From contig CM069145.1 in NCBI GenBank assembly GCA_035221665.1, forward strand, positions 32,054,001-32,118,000: 64,000 bases of DNA, read 5' to 3'. The translations under genes and the position numbers were made by a program. Every line of letters begins with the position of its first letter. Position 1 is the first letter of the stretch. The DNA comes from Okamejei kenojei (taxonomy: Eukaryota). Shown piece after piece: positions 39,255 through 50,898 of this stretch. The notes below the pieces were generated by a model. That model searched no databases. It was not told where the DNA came from and saw nothing but the letters and a program-made list of their open reading frames with translations.

Positions 39255-39730
39255 AGAAACATTGAACTGCTGGTTTATATAAAAACACAAAGTGCCGGAG
39301 TAACTGTGGAGTGCAGTCTGAAGAAGGGTCCCGACCCGAAACATCACCTATCCATGTTTTTCGGAGATGCTGCCTGACACGCCGAGTTACTCCAGCGCTT
39401 TATGTTCTTTGTGTAAACCAGCACCTGCAGTTCCTTGTTTGTACACACTGGAATATTCAACGGGTCAGGCAGCACCTATGGAGTCCGAAGAAGGGTCCCG
39501 ACTAGAGATTTCGCCTATTCATGTTGTCCAAAGATCTTATAGCGCTCCGCTGTAGGATCTTTGGTTGCGTCGGAGGAAGGGTCCCGAGTCGAGATGTCCC
39601 GAGTCCCGAGTCGAGATGTCGACTATTCATGTTCCCCTGAGACGCTACCCGACCCGCTAAAGCTAAATCATATCAGCACTTTGTGTCTTTTTTCCCCAGA
39701 ACAAAGACAACATATCAGCACTGTCTTTTT
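39255..39730 (+). mobile_element. Cluster of tandem and inverted Penelope-LTR-like repeats
   Basis: Three same-strand core motifs at ~39318, ~39485 and ~39571, plus short inverted arms at ~39262-39305 and ~39450-39482. Confidence 0.7.
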
Positions 39731-39875
39731 CGTGCACGGATGACATCTACGTTCTGTTCTTTTGTGCCTAGATTCCGGAATTTAAAAAAAACACACACAC
39801 GCACACATGTAGACGGAATTAACAAAGGAATGCAAAAAAACCCCGAATAAACGACAGCGTACATTTATTGTGGAG

Positions 39876-40140
39876 GTAGGAACTGCAGATGCTGGATTAC
39901 ATCGAAGATAGACACAAAATGCTGGAGTAATTCAGCGGGCCAGACTAGCATCTCTGGAGAGAAGGACTAGGTGACGTTTTGGGTCGAGACCCTTCTTCAG
40001 GCTGAGAGTCAGGGGAGAGGGAAACTAGAGATGTGAAAAGGTACAAAGAACAAAATAATAAAAGGCATGAAAAGAACAAATCGAAACCAGCAACGATGAT
40101 CAAGGAAGGGTGGAACACACAATAGTCCAAAGGTACATTG
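39876..40140 (-). mobile_element. Penelope-LTR-like repeat (long copy)
   Basis: GGAACTGCAGATGCTGG...GGTGACGTTTTGGGTCGAGACCCTTCTTCAGGCTGAGAGTCAGGGG plus upstream LTR sequence. Confidence 0.75.
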
Positions 40141-40456
40141 ATTGTCATATTCAGAAAGAGAATGGTTATATTTGTGCAGAATTATCAACGTGTATGTAAA
40201 TGGAAGAGTTCAGTTCTGTTCAGAGGAAGCAGCAAAAGGAAGGCTAATTCATTTACTACTGTGGTGCAAACCACAAGAGATCGCGGATGTACGGTCACCT
40301 GTCCATTCTCTCCCCCGGTGCTGCCTAACCTGCGCAGTTAATCGCAATTATTGCTAATATTGGGCGACTGGTTTCAAATGTAGCATAATGATAGTGAGCC
40401 CCGACCACAGTACCATCGCCTCGTTGAAAACGGTAGCCGAGCGGAGAACCATTCAC

Positions 40457-40638
40457 AAGGATTTAAGAGAGAGTTGGATAGAGCTCCATGGGCTAGTGGA
40501 GTCAAGGGACATGGGGAGAAGGCAGGCAGGGTTATTGATAGCGGACGATCAGCCATGATCACAATGAATGGTGGTGCTGAGTCGAAGGGCCGAATGGCCT
40601 CCTCCTGCACCTATTTTCCATGTTTCTATGTTTCTATG
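40457..40638 (+). mobile_element. CR1 LINE 3' end
   Basis: GATCAGCCATGATCACAATGAATGGTGGTGCTGAGTCGAAGGGCCGAATGGCCTCCTCCTGCACC and (TTTCTATG)n tail. Confidence 0.85.
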
Positions 40639-40727
40639 TAAGGCGAATTGAGCGCAAGGAAAATCCAGCACGCCAATTTTAATCCTAGTAATCCATTTCA
40701 GGAATGTAATAGTAGGAGTGATCAATT

Positions 40728-41015
40728 GTAGAAACAAGGGACTGCAGGTGCTGGTTTACAAAAAAAAATACACAAAGTCCTGGAGGAACTCAGCGAGTCA
40801 CACAGCATCTCGGGACCATTCAGACTCCCATAGGTCCTCTCATCCAACTTACTTTATGCCCCCCCCCCCCCCCCCCCCCCCCCCCAACTCAATGAGACCG
40901 AATAAGGGTCCCGACCCGAAACATCACCTATCAATGTTCTCCAGAGATGCTGCCTCACCCCCTGGGTTCCTCCAGCATTTTTGTCTACCTTCGATGTTTC
41001 CATCATCTGCAGTTA
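40728..41015. mobile_element. Inverted pair of Penelope-LTR-like repeats with poly-C spacer
   Basis: Minus arm ~40728-40825; plus arm ~40898-41015 (GGGTCCCGACCCGAAACATCACC). Confidence 0.65.
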
Positions 41016-42376
41016 TTTCTCAAACAAATACTCCAGTACTTTGGGTCTTTGAGTGGACACTCGCGTAATCTAGTGACTCATTGTCTTGGGGCCGGTAGCG
41101 CGTTGGTCACAGTGAGAATCTATGTACTATAACGTCGGTTCCTTCGAAATAGTAGCGTCTCCTCAAGAGAGCAAATTCCATCATATTTCCGTAAACAATC
41201 TGCTCATACATGCTTGATGTAGGACGACGCGCTCCAGGCATGAATGCAGTCTTGATCCAAATATCGAGATGAGAGGAGTGAATGACTGCGACATCAAGAA
41301 ACCCCTTTGAATCTGGGTAAGGATGTTTTGCTTGTAGAAATGACCACAATTTTTAAATGTAACCTGTCCACACACTGACTGATACCATTACCAACTAAAA
41401 TATGCCATGGATATGATTTTTGAAATGTAGGTTTAGTGTGATTTTCACCATGGTTTGTTTTCAAACGATTTAAAATCTAGATGGTGTCCTCTTGCACTGG
41501 CTCTGAATCTGTCGTTTCCTTAGTCATTCTAGTCTATATCAAAGTCCCTCTTTAGTTTCCTGTCAGCCTTTACAATTATTGCTCTCAGAATTGTTTTGCT
41601 TTGAAAGGAAAGTTTGAAATCCTGTTTGCATATGATGTTCATTAGTAGCAATCCCAAGTTTATAGAATTGCATTCAGCAGTGATTATTTTAACATCGTGA
41701 TGAATCTCAGTGTCTATAAAAGGAACATTTGAGCACATGAAGTAACTTAAGGAGGGGCGGTTTGTTTGTTAAAGCTACTCTTCTTAGTCATTGAGACATT
41801 TTGGAAAAGTTCTTCAGCTGCTGATCTTTAATCTTCAATCAGTTATAAACTTGGAAGAGGGGCTATTCATTGAATTTCATTATAAAATTATATTTGCTCA
41901 TGCAATGAAACAATTCATGTCAGATAAGATCTGGTTAACATTGATAATTGGATTTGTGAATGATTAGTAACATTTATGCTACAGAAGTGGCTGGCTATGA
42001 AAGTCTCCACCTTAAGCAAGATTAATCTTGTTGCTGTTAATCACAGTGGCATTATCACAAAGTTTGTCATCATCAATATTTTAGGGGTGAGAGTGGGAAA
42101 TGGATCTCACATTTGTCCAGAAACTCAACTGTACCAGCAACATAAATGAAGCAGTTGCAAGAATGTGTTAGACGGTGGGTATTATGAAGCAAGTGACCTC
42201 CCATCTGATCACCAAAATATATCCACCACCACTTGGGACAAGTTAGAATGTAAAAAGAATAATACACAATGGGTTGTATAAGTATACTACATTAAAGGAT
42301 CTTGACACCATCCATTCACACCCATGCATTAGACTTGTCTCCTGTCCATTTGTACAATCACCTACCTGCCACCCCC

Positions 42377-42413
<37 letters not shown>

Positions 42414-42687
42414 CTCCTATCGCCACCTCCTTCAGAACCAAAGACAGAGAGTCCAATGTGTACATTATGGATAGCAGAATTTCAAATAGGTTTCGGAAGC
42501 ACCTTCAGAACCCCAGATCACCAATACCAATTTGGATAAGGGCATCTGATGCATGAAAATGCCATCATCTCCAAATTCCCTCCAGATCACATAATCTTTC
42601 CCTGATTATTCCTTCAGCCTCATTGGCTCGGCATCTTGGAACACCTCATCTAACGCTGGAGGTGCACCTTTCCTATACTGCACTGGG

Positions 42688-43740
42688 CTAAATTGATCTT
42701 TGCCTCCTAATCCCATTTTCCTGCCTTCTCCCCATAACCATTGACGCCCGTTCAAATCAAGAATTTGTCAACCTCTGCCTTAAAACAATCCACTGACTTG
42801 GCCCCCACAGCCTTCTGTGGCAATGGGTTCCACAGATTAATTACCCTCTGACTAAAGACGTTCCTCCGTACCTCCTTTCTAAAAGAACGGCCTTTAATTC
42901 TGAGGCGATGACCTCTGGTCCAAGACTCTCCCACCAGTGGAAACATCCTTTCCACATCCACTCTACCTATGCCTTTCATTATTCTGTAAGTTTCAATGAG
43001 GTCCCTCCTCAATCTTCTAAACTCCAGCAAGTAGAGGCCCAGTGCTGTCAAACACTCATCATATGCTAACCTACTCATTCCTGGAATCATTCTTGTAAAC
43101 CTTTTCTGGACCCTCTCCAGAGCCAGCTCACAGTACTCCAAATGCGGCCTGACCAGCGCCTTATTTAGAGCCTCAGCATTACATCTCTGTTTTTGCATTC
43201 CAGTCATCTTGATATGAATGCAGGCATTGAACTTGCAAATTAACTTTTTGGGAGTCCTGCACCAGCACTCCCATGTCCCTTTGCACCTCTGGTATGTGGA
43301 TTCTTTCTCCATTTAGAAAATAATCTATTCCTTTATTCTTATTGCCAAAATGCATGAACCCACACTTTGCTATACTGAATTTCATCTGCCACTTCTCTGC
43401 CCACTCTCCTAACCTGTTTAAGTCCTTCTGCAGAGTCCTAGCTTCCTCTGCACTGCCTGCCCCACCCATCTATCATAGCATCATCTGCAAACTTGGCCAC
43501 AAAGCCACCAATCCCCTTATCCAAGTCATTAATATACAATGTGAAGAGAAGCGGCCCCAGTACCGACCTTTGCAGAACTCCACTAGTCACTGGCTGCCAA
43601 CCTGAAAAAGCGTATTTTATTGAAACCCCTTGTTCAGCCATTCAGCCAACCCACTATCCATGCTAGTATCTTCCCATTAATACCATTGGCATCTTCCCTA
43701 GCAGCCTGATGTGCGGCACCTTATCAAAGGCCTTCTGAAA
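42688..43740 (-). mobile_element. CR1 LINE reverse-transcriptase fragment
   Basis: WQPVTSGVLQRSVLGPLLFTLYINDLD...KFADDA, LQKDLNRLGEWAEKWQMKF and ALVRPHLEYC...LERVQKRFTRMIPG; frameshifted. Confidence 0.92.
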
Positions 43741-44769
43741 AGTTATGGAGGAAGATTTCCATTGTCACCATGCCTTAATATCTTCTGAAGGTATAATGTG
43801 CTGGAATGATTTAAAGGCATGTGATCACTTTCAAACTTGCATTGACTTAATATTGATGGTAGACCCAAGATGTTAGTCCTAAGTAAGGTGAAAAATCTAA
43901 ACAAAGACGACACCACAGATGCTGGAAATTTGAACCAAAAATGGGATGTGGTACACCCAATTGTCCATGTAGCCTCTTAAGAGAACAAAAGACTAATCTT
44001 TCACAGCGCTTATAAACCATACTAAAACTCGTATATTTGCTATTTTAGACAGAGTGCTATTTAAGCCAAGTGAATTAGAAAATGTTGGTCAGACATGATT
44101 ATATTGAAAGGCAGGTCTGACTCGAAGGGCCAGCTGGTCTACTACTGTGTTTTCTTGTGTTCTTGATACAAAAGTAGTGCATTCCAGGATATGGGTTAAC
44201 AAGTAACAATTTGATAGTTATTTTTGTTGAATAAGTTGACTAAGAATTTCATTCATGTAATTCATTGTCTTCTAAGCTTATTTTTGACATCAATAAAAAA
44301 ATAATAAAATAATAAAGTAATTTGAAAATATCTTTGCATCACTCTGTTTCACCGATTATTAATCTGAGTTTGATGTACAATTCAAGTGTTAAATTCTTAT
44401 GCGTTCTGTATTTTTCTTCACACACAATTTTGGCTGTTTGTCTGTTCTGGAGTCTTACACACAGGGTTACTTTAAAAGAAAAACAAAAATGTGTTCTGCA
44501 TGTGAGCAAAAAGCACAAAACAGCATATGGTAATCAGAGAAAAAAGTTTCCTTCAAGTTGTAGTCATGCTTGAAGGAAACAAACTGTTTTGAAGAAACAA
44601 ACTTGAACAAAAACAAACTGCTGTGGTTGTTTGAGGCCATTCATTGCAGCCTCACTATGTTAATGCAGGATTTCTTCTGATCCAGATCTAAACATTATAA
44701 TCTCCATCTGCTTCATCAATCTTCACTCCATTTAAAGTGAGACGTTCATGATTACATTGTATTTATTTC

Positions 44770-44893
44770 AGCCTGAAGAGTTCCGACCTGAAAAGTCACC
44801 CATTCCTTTTCTCCAGAGATGTTGCCTGACCCACTGAGTTGCTCCAGCATTTTGTGTCTTCAGTATAAACCAGCATCTGCAGTTCCTTCCTAC
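44770..44893 (+). mobile_element. Penelope-LTR-like repeat
   Basis: CCTGAAGAGTTCCGACCTGAAAAGTCACCCATTCC...CCAGCATCTGCAGTTCCTTCCTAC. Confidence 0.7.
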
Positions 44894-45464
44894 CACGTTG
44901 TTTCAAGAAGATCTGGACATCATTCAAGCATGTCCTGATGTGGCAAGAAACATATGTACCATACAACAGCAAGGCAATGACCAACTACAGCAAACAAAAG
45001 TATAACCATATGGACGCATTGCCATGACCATAAACAGTTCAACCACAATTGACATCTTGAGTGTTTATTGTTGACTAGAAGCCAGAAACTTAATGGGAAC
45101 CATCCATATAAATACAGTGGCTAAGAGTGTGGCTGTCATTTCAAGGCCTATGTATCACTTTCAAATTCCTCAATACAAAAAATGGATATCTGGAATATGA
45201 TGGAACAGTTTCCTTTTGGTTTAAAAAAAAAATGTAGCTGCATGAAATCACCAAAAAAGCCACTTGGACAAAGCAAATGGCTTGATAAGTGCTCCATCCA
45301 CCATTTTAAACATTCTGTCCCTCCCTTATATATTAAATGGTATGTATTAACACAATGCACGGCAGCCAACAGCTGAGTTTAAAAAAAAATCAATTTCACA
45401 AATCCATGATCTTGCATCACCAGATTGTGAGGATTGCAAAGACACTGCATTCTTCAAATTCATC

Positions 45465-45765
45465 AAGCCAACGATGGGAATGGCAGATGGGATTTAATCC
45501 ACTAACCGCAAAGTGCCCTCAGTGATGTATTTTGGGAAGCCAAATCAGGCAAGTATATACACAGTGGAGGGCGGAGTATCTAGCATCTGGAATAAGCTGC
45601 CAGATAAGGTAGGACCAGTAACCACATTTTAGAGGCACCAACAGATACGTGCATTAACAAGGCATAGTAGGCTATGGAAATAATGCAGGCAAGTGGGATT
45701 ATTATAGATAGGTAGGATGGTTGGCATGGACTTGGTGGGACAAAGTGCCTGTTACTATGCTACAA
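45465..45765 (+). mobile_element. Degenerate CR1 fragments
   Basis: RWEWQMGFNP..KC and 3' UTR GGCATGGACTTGGTGGGACAAAG. Confidence 0.6.
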
Positions 45766-46499
45766 ATGTCATTTGACTTTAAGGCTCTTTTCTCTTTGCT
45801 TTTGGAAGTCGGCTGAGGGCACTGCAGCATTTATTATCTTGAATTGTTGCTGTAACGTGAGTAATACATAGGACTCGTCAACAGTGCCAACTATTTATTG
45901 TGCATGGAATCATAACCTCTTTATCTGGTGGTAGTTTAACTAACACATTATATCAAGTGATCCTATAGTTGCCATACATGTTCACACTAATCTTTCCTCT
46001 ACTGACTAAGTATACCAAACCTCGTTTAACTTCACTTGTCTTTAGCATGGTGCTGTGGGTGATATCATCCTTGCCTCTGGACCAAGATCTTCATAATCTT
46101 CCTCCACGCTAGTGATAAGGCATCTCTCATTGTTCTATTATCTGCAACATTATAACATTATCATTATAACATGACCCCCCTATGTGACAGGTCCTTGTAA
46201 AGATTGTGCTGAAGGTTTACTTAACTGAATTTTGCATCATTTGAGAAACCATACATCTTTGCAATGCTGTTTGTAACAATGCAATATTGTGATAAAATTC
46301 AGTTCTCAAAAATGTCTGAATTATAATACAACAATGTTTTTGAGACCATCAATTTACTTTCTGACATTATGAACCTCCTACATTAGAGATAGCTTTAATA
46401 TGTGGTTATTTAGCATCCATGACATGCAAATCAAGCTTGCAGAATCTGGGTCACAAGGATGATGCCAACACTATTATTTTCCCGTGATTACTTTATTTA

Positions 46500-46915
46500 A
46501 ATCTTTTTATTTGAATTTCACAGCAATTTGCATACATACAATGATAACAGACAGTGATAGTCAGGACATAATTGTGCAACAGTATGTAAGCGACCCTCAA
46601 AGCCCTTACCCTTACCACCCCTCAATCCACCCGAATCAGGTCGGATCCAAACGGGGACAAACAACATTCACATACGTACACATCCACACAAATACGATAA
46701 GATAAACAAAACAAAATGTACAAAAAAAAAAAAATGTAAAAAAAAAAAAAAAAAGGGGGGGGGGGGGGGGGGTGGTGGGGGGTTGAGGGGAGAGCAGTTG
46801 CAATAAGACAGAGCAGTGATAGAAGGCACTCAGTCCTCTTCCGAATCCGGAAACAAGTTGAGAGAGTTAACAAGTTCCAGGAAAGGGTTCCATGTATCTA
46901 GGAACCAGCGATTAC
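46500..46915 (-). mobile_element. L1/Tx1-type LINE 3' fragment
   Basis: Minus-strand translation ...WFLDTWNPFLELVNSLNLFPDSEED-stop (F-x-x-x-W-x-PFL ORF2 end), then a T-rich/G-rich 3' UTR and A-rich end. Confidence 0.55.
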
Positions 46916-47326
46916 TTTTGCACAAAACAACACATTAAGTTTCCAATCATTGCATGATCCTCATTGTTATTTTCCTCAAGAAAAAAAATAGGTCTACACT
47001 TATCAAAGAATAGGATTATCTGTATATGCTTACATGACCTAATGTCACCTCCTAAATAAAGTGCACAATATGCCAAAGCAATCATTTAGATATAATTTAA
47101 TTGCAAATGCAAGCTAAAATCTCTTGGAAGATTTTAAGGACACTTTGCTGTCCCCATTACCATTTTAAAGTGTTTTTCATTCAAATTGATGTTAATTGAG
47201 TAAGGAGAGGATACAATAAAGCATGTATGGAAAGAAGGTTTACTACTTTCTGCAACATTTTTGTCAGATTTCTCCTGAATGTGTGAATCTGAGTATTGAA
47301 AGTGGGAAGAACTTTGAGGGGTGTGA

Positions 47327-48172
47327 GAGACAAGACAAGAGAGACATTTATTTGTCACATGTACCAATTGGTACAGTGAAATGTGCAGTCACCATACAGC
47401 CATACGAATAAAAAAGAGCACAGAACACGATAGTCTTTAACATAGACATCCCCACACAGCGGGATCAAAGTTTCCCACTGTGAGGGATGGCACCAAAGTT
47501 CAGTCATCGTCCTCTGTTGTCCTCTGTTGCTCACCCATGGTCGGGCGGCTCCCGAACCCCTCGCTGTCGCCGCTACGGGTGGCCCGCTGTTCAGGCCCAC
47601 TCGTCAGATGATGGAACTCCAACGTCAGAACGGGAGAACATTCTCAGAGGCTTGGACTTCTGAATCGGCCACTTCCTACCGGAGACCGCGGCTCCCGAAG
47701 TCCACAGGCCGAGCTGCTCAAAGATTCACGCTGGCGGCCCTCGGCAAAGGGATCCCAGGACTCCGTGATGTTGAAGTCAGCGCCGCCCGCACTGGAAGCT
47801 CTGCAAACCACAGCTCCGCGATGTTGAAGCAACAGGAGCTTCAAACGGCGATCCTGGTAAGGCATCGCCCGCATCGCGGTGAATCCAGTGCTGCGCCGCT
47901 GCTGAAGCTTTGGTCCAGTCCCCGGCAGGAAAGGCCGCGCCAATCCAGTTGGTAGACCGCGGGGGTGGGGCTAAGATGCAACTCGGAGAATAGTCACATC
48001 CTCGCCAGGAAGTGACTGAGAAACGGTTTCCTCCTTGCCCTACCCCCCTCCCCCACAGAGAAATACTAAATAAAATCCTCCAAAACGAACTTTTAAACAA
48101 ACTAAAAATTTAAAAAAGATAGAAAAACAGACAGACTGCAGGTAGAGGCTGCTATCAATGCGGCGCCCCTAG
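47327..48172 (-). mobile_element. CpG-rich non-coding retroposon with (TCTTG)n tail
   Basis: Sharp GC/CpG-rich block; minus-strand 3' end TTTCACTGTACCAATTGGTACATGTGACAAATAAA plus a microsatellite tail, similar to 57323-57365. Confidence 0.6.
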
Positions 48173-49175
48173 TAGTGTGGTAGTGAAGCCACCTTCTATC
48201 TATATTAGACATCTATTGCACATGCACACCTTCCACCAATATGTCATTAGACCACAAGTAGGATTGGAAAACCCGCTCATCATTCTTTTTCTTTATTCAA
48301 GCACAGTTCTTTCTTGATGTAAAATAAAAGCTCAAATCATCTCCAGTTTGCTTTACACAAATTATTGGATTCTGAGCCATATATTGTACACTAACTTTGA
48401 TTTTAGTATTTATTCAACTATCTTTAAACAACGTTTCAAATATTATGAAAGTATAACAAACATCTAGAAACATGCTTGAAAATAGAAACTGATCTCACTG
48501 TCCCTGTAATGTTGATGGATCAGTTATTTGAATTTCAAATTGCATAGACACACTGGCACCAAATTCATTCTAAAACATGCATATTCAAGTAACAGTATAA
48601 TGTTGACACACAGCATTATACGTAATAGCTAATTCTAATGACTATCATTTCCTCCATCTTTTTTGTCAGAATTTGCACACATTTAAGCATAAGGTGGAGA
48701 ATCTAATGGGACTTTGGATGTGTTGATGATGGAAAGAATTGTTTTTCTTGCATGTACCTGTTTTGGTTTCCATATTTCTTGTTACAATTTTCCTGCAGAC
48801 ACATATTAGCTCTCATTATCTGTTTTTTATCTACAATTTGACCTTGAGGAAAAGCAAATGTATCATAACCACTTTAGTGGTGGTGTTTAGTTCGTCAACA
48901 ATACCTATATCTATGCTGCTTTGTCAACCTACTGAAACTTAGTTTTGGAACAATTGTATGTCTTCAGTGCTTTGTGATTAGATCTGAAAAGTGAATGGAA
49001 ATTTTACTTCGGAGTCACGTGAGTGACTTCGTGAAGACCCCGCCAGCACGCATGCGCAGCATATCGTCGTGCGCATTTGCATCGGCAGGCTGGGGGGGGG
49101 GGGGGGGGAGTGCGCTCTCTCCTCCGGCTCCTTCATAAAAGGCCGGCAGGTAAGTGCTTACCTTCACTCCACAGG

Positions 49176-50340
49176 ATGGACAAGGGCAAGAGGAAGGCGA
49201 CGCTGTCCAGGAGCCGAGCTGCATCGACCAGCCAATGGCCCTTGTCCCCGGAGCTGCAAGCACCACCGGCAGCTTCGAGACATGTGGGGGCAAGAATGCG
49301 GAAGTCGGGCGCTCCCGCTACTTTAGCGCCCGACTCATCACCTGAGTGGTTTACCGCCCCAGAGCTGGATGCAACGGATCCAGACTTCGAGCCCCCTTCC
49401 CCCAAGAAAAGAGGGGGGAAACAGGTACGTGCCAAGGGGCTTCGCTCATCGCAAGCGACCCCACCCCGAGTTCCAGTAGACCCGAGGGGGCTGGGCCGGG
49501 GGACAGCTGCACTGCAGGGGAGCCCTACAGCTGTGCTCCACCACGTACCACTGCCAGGGAGATCTGCCATAGTGCAGTCTGGCAGCTCTACTGCTGCGTC
49601 GAGCAGGCCTGCAGGAGCAGGTGCCGCCGACAAAACACCCCGTCAGGCTGCGGTCAAGGGCGGAGGTGGCAGCAGTAGACGGTCGGTCAGCTCAGCTCTG
49701 GGAGCGGCCGACCATGCGCCTCCACGCCAAAAATTGGGCGATTGTGGAGGTAAGCCTGCACGGACTCTGGGGAGCCAGGTTCCGGGGGCCGGCGCCGATC
49801 CAACTCACCTGCCTTCATATCAGACAGGTGGGCCGTCACAGTCTGGAAGAAGACAGACTAGCGGAGAGTCCGTGCGGGAGTCATATGAGCGTACTTGGGC
49901 GGTAGGCCACGACAACCTGCCATTGGACACTAGACAGCACCTTACGGAGGTGTGGTCCGATGGTGGAAGCCCCAGTGATTTCGCAGGGCCTGGGGAAGTT
50001 GGCTTGTCCGCTGCACATAGCAGGGACGGTCGCATAGAGTGGTTGGAGCTCTTAGTGGAGCAACTCCTCCAGCGGGACCAGGAACGGGAAGAGCGGGACT
50101 CACGGGCATCCACAAGCCGTGCAAGGAGCCCGCTCAGCATCTCGTCGTCACCAGCCAGAAGTGCTAGCAGTTGCCCAGCCGTTGTGTTTGAAGACGACCC
50201 AGGACAGCCAGTGACCGCTGAGCCAGAGCATGAGGAGGTTATGCTGGACTTGGTGGGCAGGTTTGCCGCTACTACACAAACAGGGGATCCCCTGCACCAC
50301 AAACTGGCGGGCACCGTTGATTACCTGACTACTCACCAAT
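49176..50340 (+). pseudogene. DIRS ORF1 (gag-like), 5' part
   Basis: Open low-complexity ORF from MDKGKRKATLSR to ...GDPLHHKLAGTVDYLTTHQ directly behind the left ITR; interrupted at 50341. Confidence 0.75.
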
Positions 50341-50799
50341 TCACTGAGCGGTTCCCAGCACAGCTTCTGCGAATGTTGCAGGGGCGACCAGTGGCTTATT
50401 GTAGAATCGTTGAAAGGTTTCTTCACTGGCCCAGCCCGCGGTGGCGAGGATGTGGTCCATGGGCACCTCCATGGCCCTCGCCGCTGATGTGGATGCAGCC
50501 CTAGTGGAATGAGACTTAAAAATGTCAGTAGCAACTCCTGCTGCATCCAGCACCACCCTGAGCCACCTGGCGATAGTCTGTACGGTCACCCGATGATGCG
50601 GAGGTTTGTGGCTGATGAGGAGCCCCTGTTCCTTCATCCTGATGGCTCCTGTAATCCCGATGTAGTGGTGGAGATGGGTGACTATGCAGAGAGTGGCATC
50701 TACAGGGTATGCCCGAAATTCCAACTGTAGCCCATGCGCCCCTGGTCTGTGCTGCTTCAATAAATCTTGGACAAAGAAATTTATTTGACCAGGGATGAT
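50341..50799 (-). pseudogene. DIRS tyrosine recombinase C-terminal fragment (inverted)
   Basis: ...LKQHRPG...YPVDATLCIV...TIARWLRVVLDAAGVATDIFKSHSTRAASTS...ILATAGWASEETFQRFYNKP: H-x-x-R, W and catalytic Y of phage-integrase-family recombinases; the N-terminal catalytic Arg region is absent. Confidence 0.9.
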
Positions 50800-50898
50800 A
50801 CCATAGAGAAAATAAAACCGCCCAAGAACTGCATCAACCTCAGTGTGCCCTTGGTTAATGCCCAGATCTGGGGACACTTGAGTACGGCCACCAGATCT
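50794..50898 (+). pseudogene. DIRS gag continuation fragment
   Basis: My translation DDTIEKIKPPKNCINLSVPLVNAQIWGHLSTATRS fits the P-x-NC-xx-L-x-VP-x-VN-xx-IW motif I recognise from DIRS ORF1 proteins. Confidence 0.7.

Noticed and set aside
49150-49174. GTAAGT...CACAG mini-intron before the gag ATG
   Set aside because: 25 nt is too short for a spliceosomal intron; the sites may pair with other partners but there is no evidence here.
49077-50504. 475-aa ORF as a host gene
   Set aside because: It lies between DIRS inverted repeats; it is gag running into the antisense strand of the inverted YR fragment.
50341-50877. Phage integrase, bacterial contamination or horizontal transfer
   Set aside because: The HSTR...W...FY pattern, ITRs and ICR fit a eukaryotic DIRS element; the first ~26 aa of the ORF are antisense gag.
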